Positions 51,031 to 64,000 are shown, counted from the stretch's first letter. The stretch: 64,000 nucleotides of DNA from Anthoceros angustus (GCA_010909165.1 MU008165.1:1116001-1180000), one strand, 5' to 3'. The notes: a model not told the origin generated them from the letters alone. A program made the numbers and translations.

Positions 51031-54000
51031 CCATACTTGCTTCGCACATCTATTAGGGAGCCTCTTCAACACCAACATGCAGTTGCCATTGAGCATCCCG
51101 CACCTTAGCTCCATTACTATGCCATGCTCGCATATGTATATCTCTCCATATTGTGATTTGCCGAGGAAACTTCCACCATTCCCTCTTAGCATCCTAAATG
51201 ATAATTGCTCCAAAACTCCACTAAAAACTAGAATGAAAATGGAATTTGACAACAGGTCATCGTCAAATCCAAGAGCTACATGATAGTCGGAGACCATACC
51301 AACATGGTTAGAAAAATATATAATAATATATGCATAAATATATAAAAAAATTAAAAAAGAATGTAACTTCCCCATACTCAAGTCCACAAACGAAATATGA
51401 AAGGAGACGCAACACAAAGAAATGGAAGACTCGGAGACGAGCCACTAGACACGGCCGCCCATGTAGTTCCTAAATTAATAATAAATAATGTAAAATATTT
51501 GCCCAAATTTGGACCCGGCCGCCTGCTCCTCCCGCTGACTCTTAACTGGGGCCGCAGTTTCCCTCACGGCGCCGTGAGCCACAGTTTCCTACAGTTTTCC
51601 TTCCTTAGGAAAAAGTCCAAAACCAACTGCGCAGTCCCGGCCTCGGTGTCGTTTGCATTCTGAAAGGCCATTGAATAGCTTTCCACAGTATGGGTGGCAG
51701 GCGCCGAAAACAGCCGCGCCACCCGTTTCTTCCTATCTTCGGTTCGCTCTAGGTATATTATGATGGGAACGGCTTACGTCATAGGGAGGATGAGCCATCG
51801 TCCTACGCCGCGCCACCCGCTTCTGCCCAGTCTCCGGCGTGCTCCATGGGATCACGTGAGCATTATCCCATCCTCTTAGCATCAAGCATCTTTGGCAGCA
51901 TAAGTTCGGAGATAAAATTTTGAGACCCAATAATACTGATCCATTATCACAAGCTTCCTCCCCATCACAATCACAATCACAATCTGCTATCAATAATGCA
52001 GACAATAAGAATGTTTTAATAATTTTAAAAATAACAATTTATTATTTACGACTAGGCATAGAAAAGCATGAAGAGGGAGCCGTGAACCTCAACACATGGC
52101 ACATGGCATGGGGTCCACGGTAGGGAGACCGGGAATCGGTAGTGAACGTGCGCCCATGCACCTTTCTTCCGTTTATCACTAGGTGGATGATTACCCTGAT
52201 ATAATATCGCCCGCGTTTGTTGATGATTGCCGATGTACAGTAGCTACGCGCAGTACATACATAGTGGAGCGTGGTGTGGAGTTGGTGGGTGTCGAGGATG
52301 CTGCGAAGCCCGCGCAATGTGGATTCAAAACATGAGATAGACAGATGTGGAGAACGACGTGTCGTGGGGCATGTGGTTGGTGATTTCCTGCTGGCTTCGC
52401 GCCGAGCACGCCGGTGCCGGGCTGTAACATCAAGCGAGGGCTATAAATAGGCGGGGCCCTTTGCCCCGCATACTGTACTGTATACGCCCGCCATGATTGC
52501 GCGCCGCCTCGCAGCATGCATCCGTTTTCCTGACGCTCGCCGTCTCAAGACACAAACCCGTGACAGGGCGATTATCAGTCACTCATCTGTCACCCGCGAT
52601 AAGTCACGTTGCGTTTTTTCACCCTCGGTAACACGTCGTATGCACGTCTTGTGACAGAAAATCTTGCCGTAGAGTGCTGGAGCAACAACCAGCCACGAAT
52701 GGCGGTGGCGGGCGTTGAAACGGCGATGATACGTCACGGTCCGGCCTCCGTCGTTCAAGTGGCCATTACATTGGCCATGATTTAGAGGATCTTGTAAGAT
52801 TTCGCATCTTTTGTTTTCTTTATATAATTTCTACATATGATTCTGACTAGGCGGCTGTTCTAGTGCTTAGTTGCTCGGTATCAATTCAAGGGAAGTGCAC
52901 TAGAATTCTACCGATAATGCGTAATCTATATGGATTTATCAAAGAAAAAAGATAAAAATATTTCTTGAATATCTTCTATTTCTTGAATTTTGACTTAATT
53001 TCAAAACAAGAAAACAATCAAAAGATATCATTGTGCACATTTTCAGATGCACAATTTAATGTGAATTCATTTGAATGCAATCTACATTAATCGATTATAC
53101 GATACTATAACTTTGTATAAATGTAGATCAATTATTCATTAGATAATTACATTGTATTGTCAAGAAAAGAGTAACTTGCTTATGCAATAAAGACAACTTA
53201 ACTTAGAACTAAAAGGTGTATCTATTCGCAGAGACGCATCCCTAAGTGACACTACTTAGATAACCCTAGCTCAACATATCTTAAATAAATATTTGAACTA
53301 AACCCTTAAATCCTAATCATGATATCAACACTATCTATCAATAATGCAGACAATAAGAATGTTTTAATAATTTTAAAAATAACAATTTATTATTTACGAC
53401 TAGGCATAGAAAAGCATGAAGGGAGCCGTGAACCTCAACACATGGCACATGGCATGGGGTCCACGGTAGGGAGACCGGAATCGGTAGTGAACGTGCGCCC
53501 ATGCACCTTTCTTCCGTTTATCACTAGGTGGATGATTACCCTGATATAATATCGCCCGCGTTTGTTGATGATTGCCGATGTACAGTAGCTACGCGCAGTA
53601 CATACATAGTGGAGCGTGGTGTGGAGTTGGTGGGTGTCGAGGATGCTGCGAAGCCCGCGCAATGTGGATTCAAAACATGAGATAGACAGATGTGGAGAAC
53701 GACGTGTCGTGGGGCATGTGGTTGGTGATTTCCTGCTGGCTTCGCGCCGAGCACGCCGGTGCCGGGCTGTAACATCAAGCGAGGGCTATAAATAGGCGGG
53801 GCCCTTTGCCCCGCTGTACTGTATACGCCCGCCATGATTGCGCGCCGCCTCGCAGCATGCATCCGTTTTCCTGACGCTCGCCGTCTCAAGACACAAACCC
53901 GTGACAGGGCGATTATCAGTCACTCATCTGTCACCCGCGATAAGTCACGTTGCGTTTTTTCACCCTCGGTAACACGTCGTATGCACGTCTTGTGACAGAA

Positions 54001-57000
54001 AATCTTGCCGTAGAGTGCTGGAGCAACAACCAGCCACGAATGGCGGTGGCGGGCGTTGAAACGGCGATGATACGTCACGGTCCGGCCTCCGTCGTTCAAG
54101 TGGCCATGGAAGGCTAGAGAGAGAGTATGTAGGAGACATTCACAACGATGCGCATGTTCATCGGTGATAGGAGGATTTTCTGTCTCGCGTGAAACAGGAC
54201 TGTGAATTAATGGCAGAGCGGAGGATCGAGAATCGGAGAGAGGTTCACGCCGCGCTGCACGGCCTCACGCCTCGCTGCTTCGTCAGAATTATGGAGCTTG
54301 AAAGGGCGGGCCAGATTGATCCACAGTCCGCCTATTCCTCTATATATGAATACCAAGGCTTCAGAAAGGTCCAAGACGGACATTTTAAATTTAGTTGCAA
54401 GCATATCGGTGATCGTGACTATAACGCTTAGGCTTCCTTGATCAAGTCGTCAACATATACTGACCAGTAATCACACCTTTTGGTGTAGATGTATAGGCTG
54501 CCATCGCCTTGCTTTTAGTAAAGCCTAGTTCTAACGACTCACCATCAAGGACGCATTCCATTTCATAGTTGATTGCGTCAAACCATACAGCACTTAACGC
54601 AAGCATAGTCCTCTTTCCCTTTGACTTCATATCCGTGCTGCATATATATCTCGCATCAAGTTTCCCATGAAGGAAAAAGTCTTTTGGTTGATATACTCAT
54701 ACTTGCTTCGCATCTATTAGGGAGCCTCTTCAACACCAACATGCAGTTGCCATTGAGCATCCCGCACCTTAGCTCCATTACTATGCCATGCTCGCATATG
54801 TATATCTCTCCATATTGTGATTTGCCGAGGAAACTTCCACCATTCCCTCTTCCGCATCCTAAATGATAATTGCTCCAAAACTCCACTAAAAAAACTAGAA
54901 TGAAAATGGAATTTGACAACAGGTCATCGTCAAATCCAAGAGCTACATGATAGTCGGAGACCATACCAACATGGTTAGAAAAATATATAATAATATATGC
55001 ATAAATATATAAAAAAATTAAAAAAGAATGTAACTTCCCATACTCAAGTCCACAAACGAAATATGAAAGGAGACGCAACACAAAGAAATGGAAGACTCGG
55101 AGACGAGCCACTAGACACGACGGCCCATGTAGTTCCTAAATTAATAATAAATAATGTAAAATATTTGCCCAAATTTGGACCCGGCCGCCTGCTCCTCCCG
55201 CTGACTCTTAACTGGGGCCGCAGTTTCCCTCACGGCGCCGTGAGCCACAGTTTCCTACAGTTTTCCTTCCTTAGGAAAAAGTCCAAAACCAACTGCGCAG
55301 TCCCGGCCTCGGTGTCGTTTGCATTCTGAAAGGCCATTGAATAGCTTTCCACAGTATGGGTGGCAGGCGCCGAAAACAGCCGCGCCACCCGTTTCTTCCT
55401 ATCTTCGGTTCGCTCTAGGTATATTATGATGGGAACGGCTTACGTCATAGGGAGGATGAGCCATCGTCCTACGCCGCGCCACCCGCTTCTGCCCAGTCTC
55501 CGGCGTGCTCCATGGGATCACGTGAGCATTATCCCATCCTCTTAGCATCAAGCATCTTTGGCAGCATAAGTTCGGAGATAAAATTTTGAGACCCAATAAT
55601 ACTGATCCATTATCACAAGCTTCCTCCCCATCACAATCACAATCACAATCTGCTATCAATAATGCAGACAATAAGAATGTTTTAATAATTTTAAAAATAA
55701 CAATTTATTATTTACGACTAGGCATAGAAAAGCATGAAGAGGGAGCCGTGAACCTCAACACATGGCACATGGCATGGGGTCCACGGTAGGGAGACCGGGA
55801 ATCGGTAGTGAACGTGCGCCCATGCACCTTTCTTCCGTTTATCACTAGGTGGATGATTACCCTGATATAATATCGCCCGCGTTTGTTGATGATTGCCGAT
55901 GTACAGTAGCTACGCGCAGTACATAGTGGAGCGTGGTGTGGAGTTGGTGGGTGTCGAGGATGCTGCGAAGCCCGCGCAATGTGGATTCAAAACATGAGAT
56001 AGACAGATGTGGAGAACGACGTGTCGTGGGGCATGTGGTTGGTGATTTCCTGCTGGCTTCGCGCCGAGCACGCCGGTGCCGGGCTGTAACATCAAGCGAG
56101 GGCTATAAATAGGCGGGGCCCTTTGCATACCCTATACGCCCGCCATGATTGCGCGCCGCCTCGCAGCATGCATCCGTTTTCCTGACGCTCGCCGTCTCAA
56201 GACACAAACCCGTGACAGGGCGATTATCAGTCACTCATCTGTCACCCGCGATAAGTCACGTTGCGTTTTTTCACCCTCGGTAACACGTCGTATGCACGTC
56301 TTGTGACAGAAAATCTTGCCGTAGAGTGCTGGAGCAACAACCAGCCACGAATGGCGGTGGCGGGCGTTGAAACGGCGATGATACGTCACGGTCCGGCCTC
56401 CGTCGTTCAAGTGGCCATGGAAGGCTAGAGAGAGAGAGGAGAGAGTATGTAGGAGACATTCACAACGATGCGCATGTTCATCGGTGATAGGAGGATTTTC
56501 TGTCTCGCGTGAAACAGGACTGTGAATTAATGGCAGAGCGGAGGATCGAGAATCGGAGAGGAGAGAGGTTCACGCCGCGCTGCACGGCCTCACGCCTCGC
56601 TGCTTCGTCAGAATTATGGAGCTTGAAAGGGCGGGCCAGATTGATCCACAGTCCGCGCGACTGTTCGCTACTGTACTTCAAAGCATACTGTTAGAGCTTT
56701 TCTCGCTCGAATTGTGTGCGGGAGTCGCTTTGAAAAAAAAAAGCGACTCCCAATCCGGCTTCCAGCTTCGACGTAGGCTGCAATTGGCCAGCACCGCAAT
56801 CTTCGCAGCAACGCCTTCCCTGGCCCCTCCTGGGCATCCTCGTGGTAGGTTCTCGTTGCGTCTGTTCATTTTGTTTTGTGCCAAACGCCGTGTCTCTGGC
56901 TTGCCTGCGGTGCCCAGGCTCGTCCCCTGCGCTTCTTGGGTTGCAACGCCCTTGGGCATTTCTTGCTTTGCCTGTTTCCCCTCCCTGCAGTTTAGTTTGA

Positions 57001-57162
57001 AAGTGAATTTTTGCGGCGCAGCCGGGGGCTCCGTCGGGCGGTTGCACAACCATCAGCAGCAGTGTGCGCACTTTTGCGGGGAGGTTGTTGATTGGTGGGT
57101 GTTTGAGTGATTCATGGTAGGTGGCATCTTGGGTGCCGCTTCCGAGGACACGCGGGGGCGGG

Positions 57163-58707
57163 ATGGCTAGTCTCTCGGCGTTGAAGAGGAGGACGATGGA
57201 AGATTTTCCGCGCGTCTGTCTGCAGCGGGCAGGGCCAAGTCCTGCGGTGAAGAGGAGGAGGACGGAGGAATTTTCCAGGCTGGTTTATGTGCAGCGGAAG
57301 GGCCTTGGTCCACCTATGGCAGTGAAGAAGCGACGGGTGGAGGATTGCTCCCTCGTGCCTGTGCAGCGGAAAGGGCCGCCGGATATGGTGCAGTTCAAAC
57401 GTGCGCTCAAGGAGATGAAGAGCAGGGTGGATATGGTGAAGATTACGCTCAAGTTCTTCGACCAGTACAGGCGGTGGCTGGTGCAGCAGGGAAGGAGTGG
57501 GAGGCTTGATCTTGAGGCTAGGGAATTTATGAAGAGGCATGGCTTGACATTGAATCAGGAGAAGCGCAGTGGAGCTGTTCCGGGGGTGGACGTTGGGCAG
57601 AAGTTCTATTATCGCTGGGAACTGGATATCGTGGGAATGCATTTTAGTCCGCAGGGTGGAATAGACACAAGGAGTGATGGGAAGAGCAGTGTGGCCACCA
57701 GTGTCATTGTTTCTGGAGGATACGAGGATGACGTGGACGATGGAGATGATGTGCAGTATACGGGGCAGGGGGGGAACGATTACTCCAGGACGAAGAAGCA
57801 AGAGGCCGACCAGAAATTGGTGCGAGGTAATAAGGCAATGGAGCTTGCGCAGAAGAGGGGGTATCCGATAAGAGTGGTACGAGGAGTAGCGGATGAGGGG
57901 AGTCCGTCGAAGAAGGCTTACACCTATGGAGGCCTCTACAAGATCTATCGTTCTGAGAACAAGCCTGGATTGTCAGGCCATCTGGTGTGGACCTTCTACT
58001 TGCGGCGGATTCCGGGGCAGGCACCCCTGCAGACCCAAAAAGTCCGATTCCTTCCAGGGAAGCGAGGTGGTTTAGGTTCGCGCAGGGGATTGTTGCTCGC
58101 AGATGTGACAAAGGGCCAGGACATGCTTCCTGTCCCGGTTGTCAACGACCTCAATGAGGATGACTCCCTCCCACCAGTGTTCAGCTGCTGCTCGGTGATG
58201 AGATATCCTGAGAAGCCGAGGAGGTCCTCGTCAGGCTGTGCTTGTGACCATACCCTCTGTCAAGGGTCGCAAGCTTGTGCTTGCCGTGCTAAGAATGGTG
58301 GGGAGTGGCCTTACACTCCGGAGGGCACTCTGGTGCGGGCGCAGCCGGTCGTTTTCGAATGTGGTCCGAGTTGCAAGTGCAACCCCAAGACTTGCCCTAA
58401 CAGGGTCACTCAGAAGGGAGGGAAATTTCGCCTCGAAGTCTTCAAGACCAAGTTGACGGGCTGGGGATTGCGTTCATGGGACTCCATTCCGCCTGGAAGC
58501 TTCATCTGTGAGTTCACGGGAGAGATAATCGACAGCGACGAAGCACTGAGAAGGGAGTTGGACGATCAGTATATGTTTAGTTTGGATTACGGTAGCGGGA
58601 CAGCAAATCGGTGGGGAACCCAGTTCGAAACGATGACTGTTGCCCAATTCAAGGAGTTGATTCACTTGATCGATATGCCCATGCACTCTGTTGTCCAGTA
58701 TCAGTGA
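57163..58707 (+). CDS. SUVH: SUVH-family histone H3K9 methyltransferase (SRA/YDG, pre-SET, SET), intronless, SET domain truncated at ~58636
   Basis: [57 protein letters not shown] (SRA); [22 protein letters not shown] (pre-SET); [31 protein letters not shown] (SET N-half). RFINHSC and post-SET are absent. First in-frame ATG at 57163. Confidence 0.9.
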   Translation: MASLSALKRRTMEDFPRVCLQRAGPSPAVKRRRTEEFSRLVYVQRKGLGPPMAVKKRRVEDCSLVPVQRKGPPDMVQFKRALKEMKSRVDMVKITLKFFDQYRRWLVQQGRSGRLDLEAREFMKRHGLTLNQEKRSGAVPGVDVGQKFYYRWELDIVGMHFSPQGGIDTRSDGKSSVATSVIVSGGYEDDVDDGDDVQYTGQGGNDYSRTKKQEADQKLVRGNKAMELAQKRGYPIRVVRGVADEGSPSKKAYTYGGLYKIYRSENKPGLSGHLVWTFYLRRIPGQAPLQTQKVRFLPGKRGGLGSRRGLLLADVTKGQDMLPVPVVNDLNEDDSLPPVFSCCSVMRYPEKPRRSSSGCACDHTLCQGSQACACRAKNGGEWPYTPEGTLVRAQPVVFECGPSCKCNPKTCPNRVTQKGGKFRLEVFKTKLTGWGLRSWDSIPPGSFICEFTGEIIDSDEALRRELDDQYMFSLDYGSGTANRWGTQFETMTVAQFKELIHLIDMPMHSVVQYQ

Positions 58708-60999
58708 AACCAGCAAATGCTCCACATCCTTCTCAGGGATGTTCAACTCCTGCAAGAGGTGGAGAGTGAGGGACCGGTTCAGAAGCGTGTGTGTGCCTGG
58801 AAACATTAGGAAACCACTTGGAAAGTAATCTGAAACTGAATCCCATACCTTTGATACGAAAGGAATTCGAATACGAGTATAGGGCTTGATCAGCTTCAAC
58901 AGGACTTGAGTACGGATGTTCTTCAAGAGATCCTCGATATAATTCCGAATGAAGGGGTCATCCATGATGGTCTTGCGGTTGTTCTGGGAAAGCATAAATA
59001 GTTGACCGACTCAGGACCTCGATCCGAGTTAGGCTGTGAAGCGTTAAGAATCAGCCCCTCTAACCTTCAGGATCTTCTCAAACTCCAAGATCTCGTTCCT
59101 CTGATACGCGGCCACCAGATTTGTCATGGCAAGAATTTCAGAGTCGTTCTTGTACCTGGCACACACCATCACGACTTCACACTAAATCAGGCCAATTCAG
59201 ACCACTTACCTCAGTTTTAAACATTTCGGTTCACCAAAACTTACGGCTTTGCTTCCTGGCCATCGAAGGGATTCACTTCTGATTCCATCAACATGTTGGC
59301 GAGAACTAAATACCTGCACAAAATAAGATGCAGCAATTCAAAAAACTCAGCTTTCAGTCACAAATATCTCAGACAGCTATAACCACACTTTCAGTCAAAA
59401 CATTTAGCAGGAACTTTGTTCAGCATACTTGAGACACTGTATCCGACGTTGTGTGCCTGCTTCGTCGTAATTCTTGAAAGCATCAAAGAAATCTTGAGCG
59501 GCCTCAGCCCATTGACGTTCGGCCATGTGCATTTTTCCACCACACTCATGTATGATGCCCATGATGCGCGGGTGAGGGATTGCTGATTTGATGGATAATG
59601 CCTTCTGGTAGAGTTGCTGCAATGTCAAACAAAAAACGTCAAGGCCCTGCACCCGAACTCCAAGATGCAGGTCAGGAAGGAGTTCCCGTTGTCAGGAATA
59701 CTTGGGACTCGTGACCATTCCAGATTTATGGAAGCGAGAGTTGTGCAAGCAGACCAGGCAAAGGTTCGACTGATCCACATTCAGGCAGTCAGTTTGCCAC
59801 CCCAATACAGGTCAGATACCCCATAGCCTGCCTACTGCAGTACAAAAGATTGGGTCACCATGTTTCTGCAGAAACGCAACTTGTCAGCAACAAGCCTGAG
59901 TACCTTCAACTTCTTGTTGTTCTTTGTCTCAGTGTACATTTGAATTTCAATGGCATAAACTTCGAGAAGCTGTGTCCCCTTCTTCTGATCATCGGAGCCA
60001 TCTTCCCTTTGGCAAGATTTGTGCAGTTCCTTTAAAATCTGTCAACATGTTCCATAAATCCCCAGTAAGAATCACATCCGAGTAATCAGGGGCATATGTC
60101 ACGCAATATCCTTCTACAAATTAAACACAAGGAGGATCACCTTGTTCATGCGACTGTACTCTCCCATGTCGAACCATAGCTTGCAAAGTTTCAGATTCGT
60201 CTTGAACCAAAGCCTCTACAATGACAACAGAGACCCAGAAACGTCACGTTTTCAAATAGTGACAGACAACGGCATGGAGGCTTCATCTACTGGTCCATGG
60301 ACAAGCTGCATCTTGAACTGAATCGCAGAGAAGAAATCCAATTTCCAGAAAAGACAAAACAAAATTCTCACCTCGTTTTTTGCTTCTTCAAGAGCTTTCA
60401 GCGTGGTTTGGTAGAACTCTTGGAGAAGCTCCAAGTTCTGGCTGGCACTACCAGAAACAAAATCCAAAATATTGTTGATGCACTTCTCACTGTAGTTCCG
60501 TGTTACAGCAGACTTGATATATGTCAACATTTCTCTATACGCATCCATCATGGCCTGATAGTTGCTCATGCGATAGTGGAGTTTCACCGTTTGCTTCAAA
60601 GCCTTGAAGCCCCTGCTCAAAATAAAAAGTCACTTGGATCCGAATGGACCAAACTATGGCAACAAGTAAAACAACCTGTGCTGGCAATCTCTTCAAGTTC
60701 ATACCACTCTCCCTTCACCCCTTCCATGGTAACCACCTCATCGAAGCCTCTGAGTGCCCCTTCCGGCTCGGTCTCCACCAAACCTGGTGACAACATAAAC
60801 GTTAAGTGACAAATGAGAGTAGTCCAAGCCAGCTACCCTCAGTGCAGAGACCTGATGCAACACGAGCTCCCTTCCGCAATTTCACCAAACAACCACCTTT
60901 GGAGTTGTAGTACTGATTCTCAATGTCGACATCCTGCTCTTCGGTCTCCTCATCCGAATACTCGAACCCGTAGTCCTCCATATCCGCATCTTCAGACAT
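58637..60999 (-). CDS. CSN2: COP9 signalosome subunit 2 (PCI domain); 10 exons visible, terminal coding segment missing
   Basis: [18 protein letters not shown]...; exons with GT-AG boundaries at approximately 60999-60897, 60783-60705, 60612-60372, 60215-60141, 60038-59904, 59616-59429, 59313-59245, 59155-59065, 58983-58849, 58749-58637; ends at [14 protein letters not shown]. Confidence 0.95.
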
Positions 61000-61445
61000 A
61001 GCAAACGACGCAAGGATTAAGTTCCTCCACGGCAGCTTCTGAGTGAAGTCATCAATCATCCCACCCAAGAAGGCGTCTTCCTCCCAGCCAAGCTACAGGA
61101 GGATTCCCCACCTTTGAACCCTACGACGAACACAAACCACCTGATTCAGCTGACTTACCGGAATCCATTGCTGCGCATCCGCAGAAACAGAAATCCGAGG
61201 AGAGTGACGCTGTCCGAGACCTCGTCCGCTTCTGCCGCTCTTTTCTGACTGAATACGCAAATAACTCCCCCGGCCCTCTGCTACAACGAACAGTGCGTTC
61301 CCACTGGCAATGATGCTCATAAATTAATACCGATAACCTGTAAATTTCGGGGTAGCGAGGTTTGAGACGTCTCGGATTTGCGAAGCCTGAGGTCCCGAGA
61401 ACACATCAGCGCAGCCGAGCAAACTTTCGAGGTCACAGCGACAAG
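61000..61445. promoter_or_regulatory. Short divergent (bidirectional) promoter and 5' UTR region between CSN2 and Mini-III
   Basis: ATGs point away from each other 446 bp apart; candidate 5' UTR intron of CSN2 (GTAAG ~61158 to TGTAG ~61095). Confidence 0.55.
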
Positions 61446-62195
61446 ATGATTCTTCGGATGCAGGATGCGATCACCTGCGTCTCTGCTGCTTGTTGGTGTG
61501 ACGATTTTCCAGTTGAAGCTTCTGCATGCCCTAGTCGGGCGAGGTTGAGGAGGAGGGAATGCAGAGCAGGCGCGTGGCCATGGCCCAGCCTGAGCCCTAG
61601 CCCGTCTGTGGCGCCTTCATCGGAGCCGGGTGTGCAGAGTCCCAGGCCGAAGAGGCAGAGACTCAGCCTGGCCAAGCTACTGCAGCGCAGCCCTGCGGAG
61701 ACGGAAAGGGCCGGGGAAGGGAGTATGGTAAGGGATGCGGACGGGAGAGTGTGGCTGCCTGCTGCACCGGCTGTTCCCCGTCCCCGGGCTGTGCACAATG
61801 CTGCATCTTTGGCATACCTGGGAGATGCCATCTACGAGTTGTACGTGCGTCGGCATTTTCTTACACCTCCGCAGAGCATCGAGATGTACAACACCCGGGT
61901 TCAGGCTCTGGCGTGCTGCGAAGCGCAGGATGCGCTGCTGAGGAGGCTGGTGAAGGATAGGTTTCTGTCGGATGAGGAGGAAGATGTGCTCCGATGGGGA
62001 CGGAACGTGAAAATGGGACACAAGAGAGCTACCAAGCGGGCAGGAACGGCCGTGTATAATAGTGCTTCTTCGCTGGAGACTCTGATAGGATACTTGTACT
62101 TGACCAATTCTGACAGACTTGACCAGATGATGTCCAAGCTTGGCCTCCATGGTGATGGAGCTCTGGTTGACGTTGGGCCGGAGCCTCCTTCCTGA
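61446..62195 (+). CDS. Mini-ribonuclease III (plastid-type, RNC3/RNC4-like) with N-terminal transit-peptide-like extension, intronless
   Basis: NAASLAYLGDAIYELYVRRHFL..CEAQDALL..LSDEEEDVLRWGRN..YNSASSLETLIGYLYLT; Ser/Arg/Pro-rich N-terminus. Confidence 0.92.
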   Translation: MILRMQDAITCVSAACWCDDFPVEASACPSRARLRRRECRAGAWPWPSLSPSPSVAPSSEPGVQSPRPKRQRLSLAKLLQRSPAETERAGEGSMVRDADGRVWLPAAPAVPRPRAVHNAASLAYLGDAIYELYVRRHFLTPPQSIEMYNTRVQALACCEAQDALLRRLVKDRFLSDEEEDVLRWGRNVKMGHKRATKRAGTAVYNSASSLETLIGYLYLTNSDRLDQMMSKLGLHGDGALVDVGPEPPS

Positions 62196-63455
62196 GGCGG
62201 CATCTTCACCGTTCTGGACAACGATTCTGCGAGCCACCGCTTCTGCTCTCTCGCAGCGACTCGATGGCCAGTTGCCTTGTCTCAAACCAGGCTGGTAGCT
62301 GGATGTGCCGTCCGCTTGTAAGTAGGGGCCGACTCTGTGTCATGTCTCTGTCATGTCCTTCCAGTCAACTGCTTTGCTCGTTGGTGTCGTAACAAAACCT
62401 GGGTACGTCTGAAGCAGGTTGGAATAAATTCCACATGCTCGAAGGGTGGGGGACTGGCGTCTCTGTCAGGATGGAGAGCCCTTTCGGTGAGCTTCGTGAT
62501 GTGGAACACCAAGACACCATGCTGGCTTTTGAAGACCAAACTGCAATCCTGGCTGGCCTTCGAAGCCCAAAGCAGCATGCTGAAGCTAGCATCTACGTGG
62601 TGCGGCGTGCTATCTCACCACGACAACACAAGGACCGGCTTCCTTTGGTTATTAGTGACTGGTCGAGTACATAATTTCAGCGAAGCTTGAACTTGTGTTT
62701 CTGAAATAGGCAGCCCTTATATCTTTCCTTGCCACCGATAAAATGCCCTGTCAATGAAATGGCGGGGCCATGGCGATGTCCAAGAACGCATGGGCCAGAT
62801 GAAGGACGGTGCTTCATGCCACCGGAGTTGCTCAGCAGAAGGCTATTGATACCAAGAACAACACCGGCAACATGCTGCAGCAGGTCACCACCGCTGCCCA
62901 GCAATTTGTGCCTTCCTAGAAATCTTGAACGCTTCGAAAGGCATGCAGGTTCAGCTGGTGTTGACATCATGAATGTTTCAAATGCACTTCTAGGCTGGAG
63001 ACAGGACCAAGCAGGCAGCCGAGGGAGCAATGGACAAGGTGAAGGGAGCTTTCTCTTCCAACGTTAATTGAACAGTAGGCGCGGCAAGTCCTGTACATAT
63101 AGAGGTTAATCTGCAGTAGAGCTAGAACTCTGAAGGGGCGATTAGTTTCTAGCTCCATTGCCTCCTTATTGTCTGTCCAGGGTGTGTTCTCTAGTCCTAT
63201 CTCCGAAGGCGTTTTGTTCGAAACTCTGTATGTAACATTGTAACTACAACTTTGGAGGAAGACATCTGGACTTCTAGCCAGCTGGCGTCCGCTTAGGCGA
63301 GCAATGCCTCAATCCGAATAGGTGATCCGTTGTTGGGGATCGGGAGTCCCGAAAATCCCTGCCTGTGGCTGCTTCCGTGAGTGACCAACTGTTTGTTGCG
63401 AAAACACGAAGGAAATGATCGGTTAACGCTGAATTTAGTAACTCCAAAATTATAT

Positions 63456-64000
63456 GTCACTTGGATCCGAATGGACCAAACTATGGCAACAAGTAAAACA
63501 ACCTGTGCTGGCAATCTCTTCAAGTTCATACCACTCTCCTTCACCCTTCCATGGTAACCACCTCATCGAAGCCTCTGAGTGCCCCTTCCGGCTCGGTCTC
63601 CACCAAACCTGGTGACAACATAAACGTTAAGTGACAAATGAGAGTAGTCCAAGCCAGCTACCCTCAGTGCAGAGACCTGATGCAACACGAGCTCCCTTCC
63701 GCAATTTCACCAAACAACCACCTTTGGAGTTGTAGTACTGATTCTCAATGTCGACATCCTGCTCTTCGGTCTCCTCATCCGAATACTCGAACCCGTAGTC
63801 CTCCATATCCGCATCTTCAGACATAGCAAACGACGCAAGGATTAAGTTCCTCCACGGCAGCTTCTGAGTGAAGTCATCAATCATCCCACCCAAGAAGGCG
63901 TCTTCCTCCCAAGCTACAGGAGGATTCCCCACCTTTGAACCCTACGACGAACACAAACCACCTGATTCAGCTGACTTACCGGAATCCATTGCTGCGCATC
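63456..64000 (-). repeat. CSN2: Near-identical duplicate of CSN2 exons 1-2 and 5' UTR (~60629-61179), running off the window
   Basis: Identical except small deletions; entry point at shared GTCACTTGGATCC. Confidence 0.85.

Larger units (their letters stand above)
49595..56650. repeat. Mosaic of near-identical duplicated blocks upstream of SUVH
   Basis: ~52765-53340 matches ~49595-50210; ~53335-54330 matches ~51985-52765 and ~55655-56650; ~54330-55650 matches ~50625-51985. Joins occur at microhomologies TGGCCAT and CTATCAATAA. Confidence 0.85.

Noticed and set aside
51025-56128. Repeated small ORFs upstream of SUVH as a tandem gene family
   Set aside because: They recur only because the DNA block is duplicated near-identically; no recognisable domains.
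57112-58995. Minus-strand ORFs 57112-57801, 57704-58111 and 58474-58995 as independent genes
   Set aside because: The first two are antisense shadows of SUVH; the last is CSN2 exons 9-10 read through an in-frame intron and past the junction.

Overview
Eukaryotic nuclear DNA, most likely a compact-genome seed-free land plant (lycophyte/hornwort-like: short GT-AG introns, plant-type CSN2, SUVH and chloroplast Mini-III genes). Positions 1 to ~51 kb are a deeply nested transposon cluster. A Ty1/copia element (B) is interrupted by a chromovirus Ty3/gypsy in its 5' LTR (TSD TATTG) and by a 22.5-kb DNA transposon in its RT (26-bp TIRs, 4-bp TSD GGCG). That DNA transposon's Sola-like DDE transposase is itself split by a 9-kb Athila-like gag-protease element (TSD GCAGG). 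Further copia elements and a TA-flanked MITE follow. The most striking observation is the DNA transposon's cargo on the strand opposite the transposase. Hand translation across frameshifts gives a ParB/Srx-like domain and then a prokaryote-type beta-class N6-adenine/N4-cytosine DNA methyltransferase, flanked more tentatively by a trihelix/Myb-like domain and an AlkB-like dioxygenase remnant. Positions 57-64 kb hold host genes: an intronless SUVH-type H3K9 methyltransferase, CSN2 and Mini-RNase III. SUVH and CSN2 are both truncated at a shared tail-to-tail junction. The sequence shows many indels and many 0.5-3.7 kb microhomology-joined near-duplicates typical of an error-prone long-read consensus, so frameshifts and duplications may be artefacts. 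All domain calls are by-eye motif recognition, not database searches.
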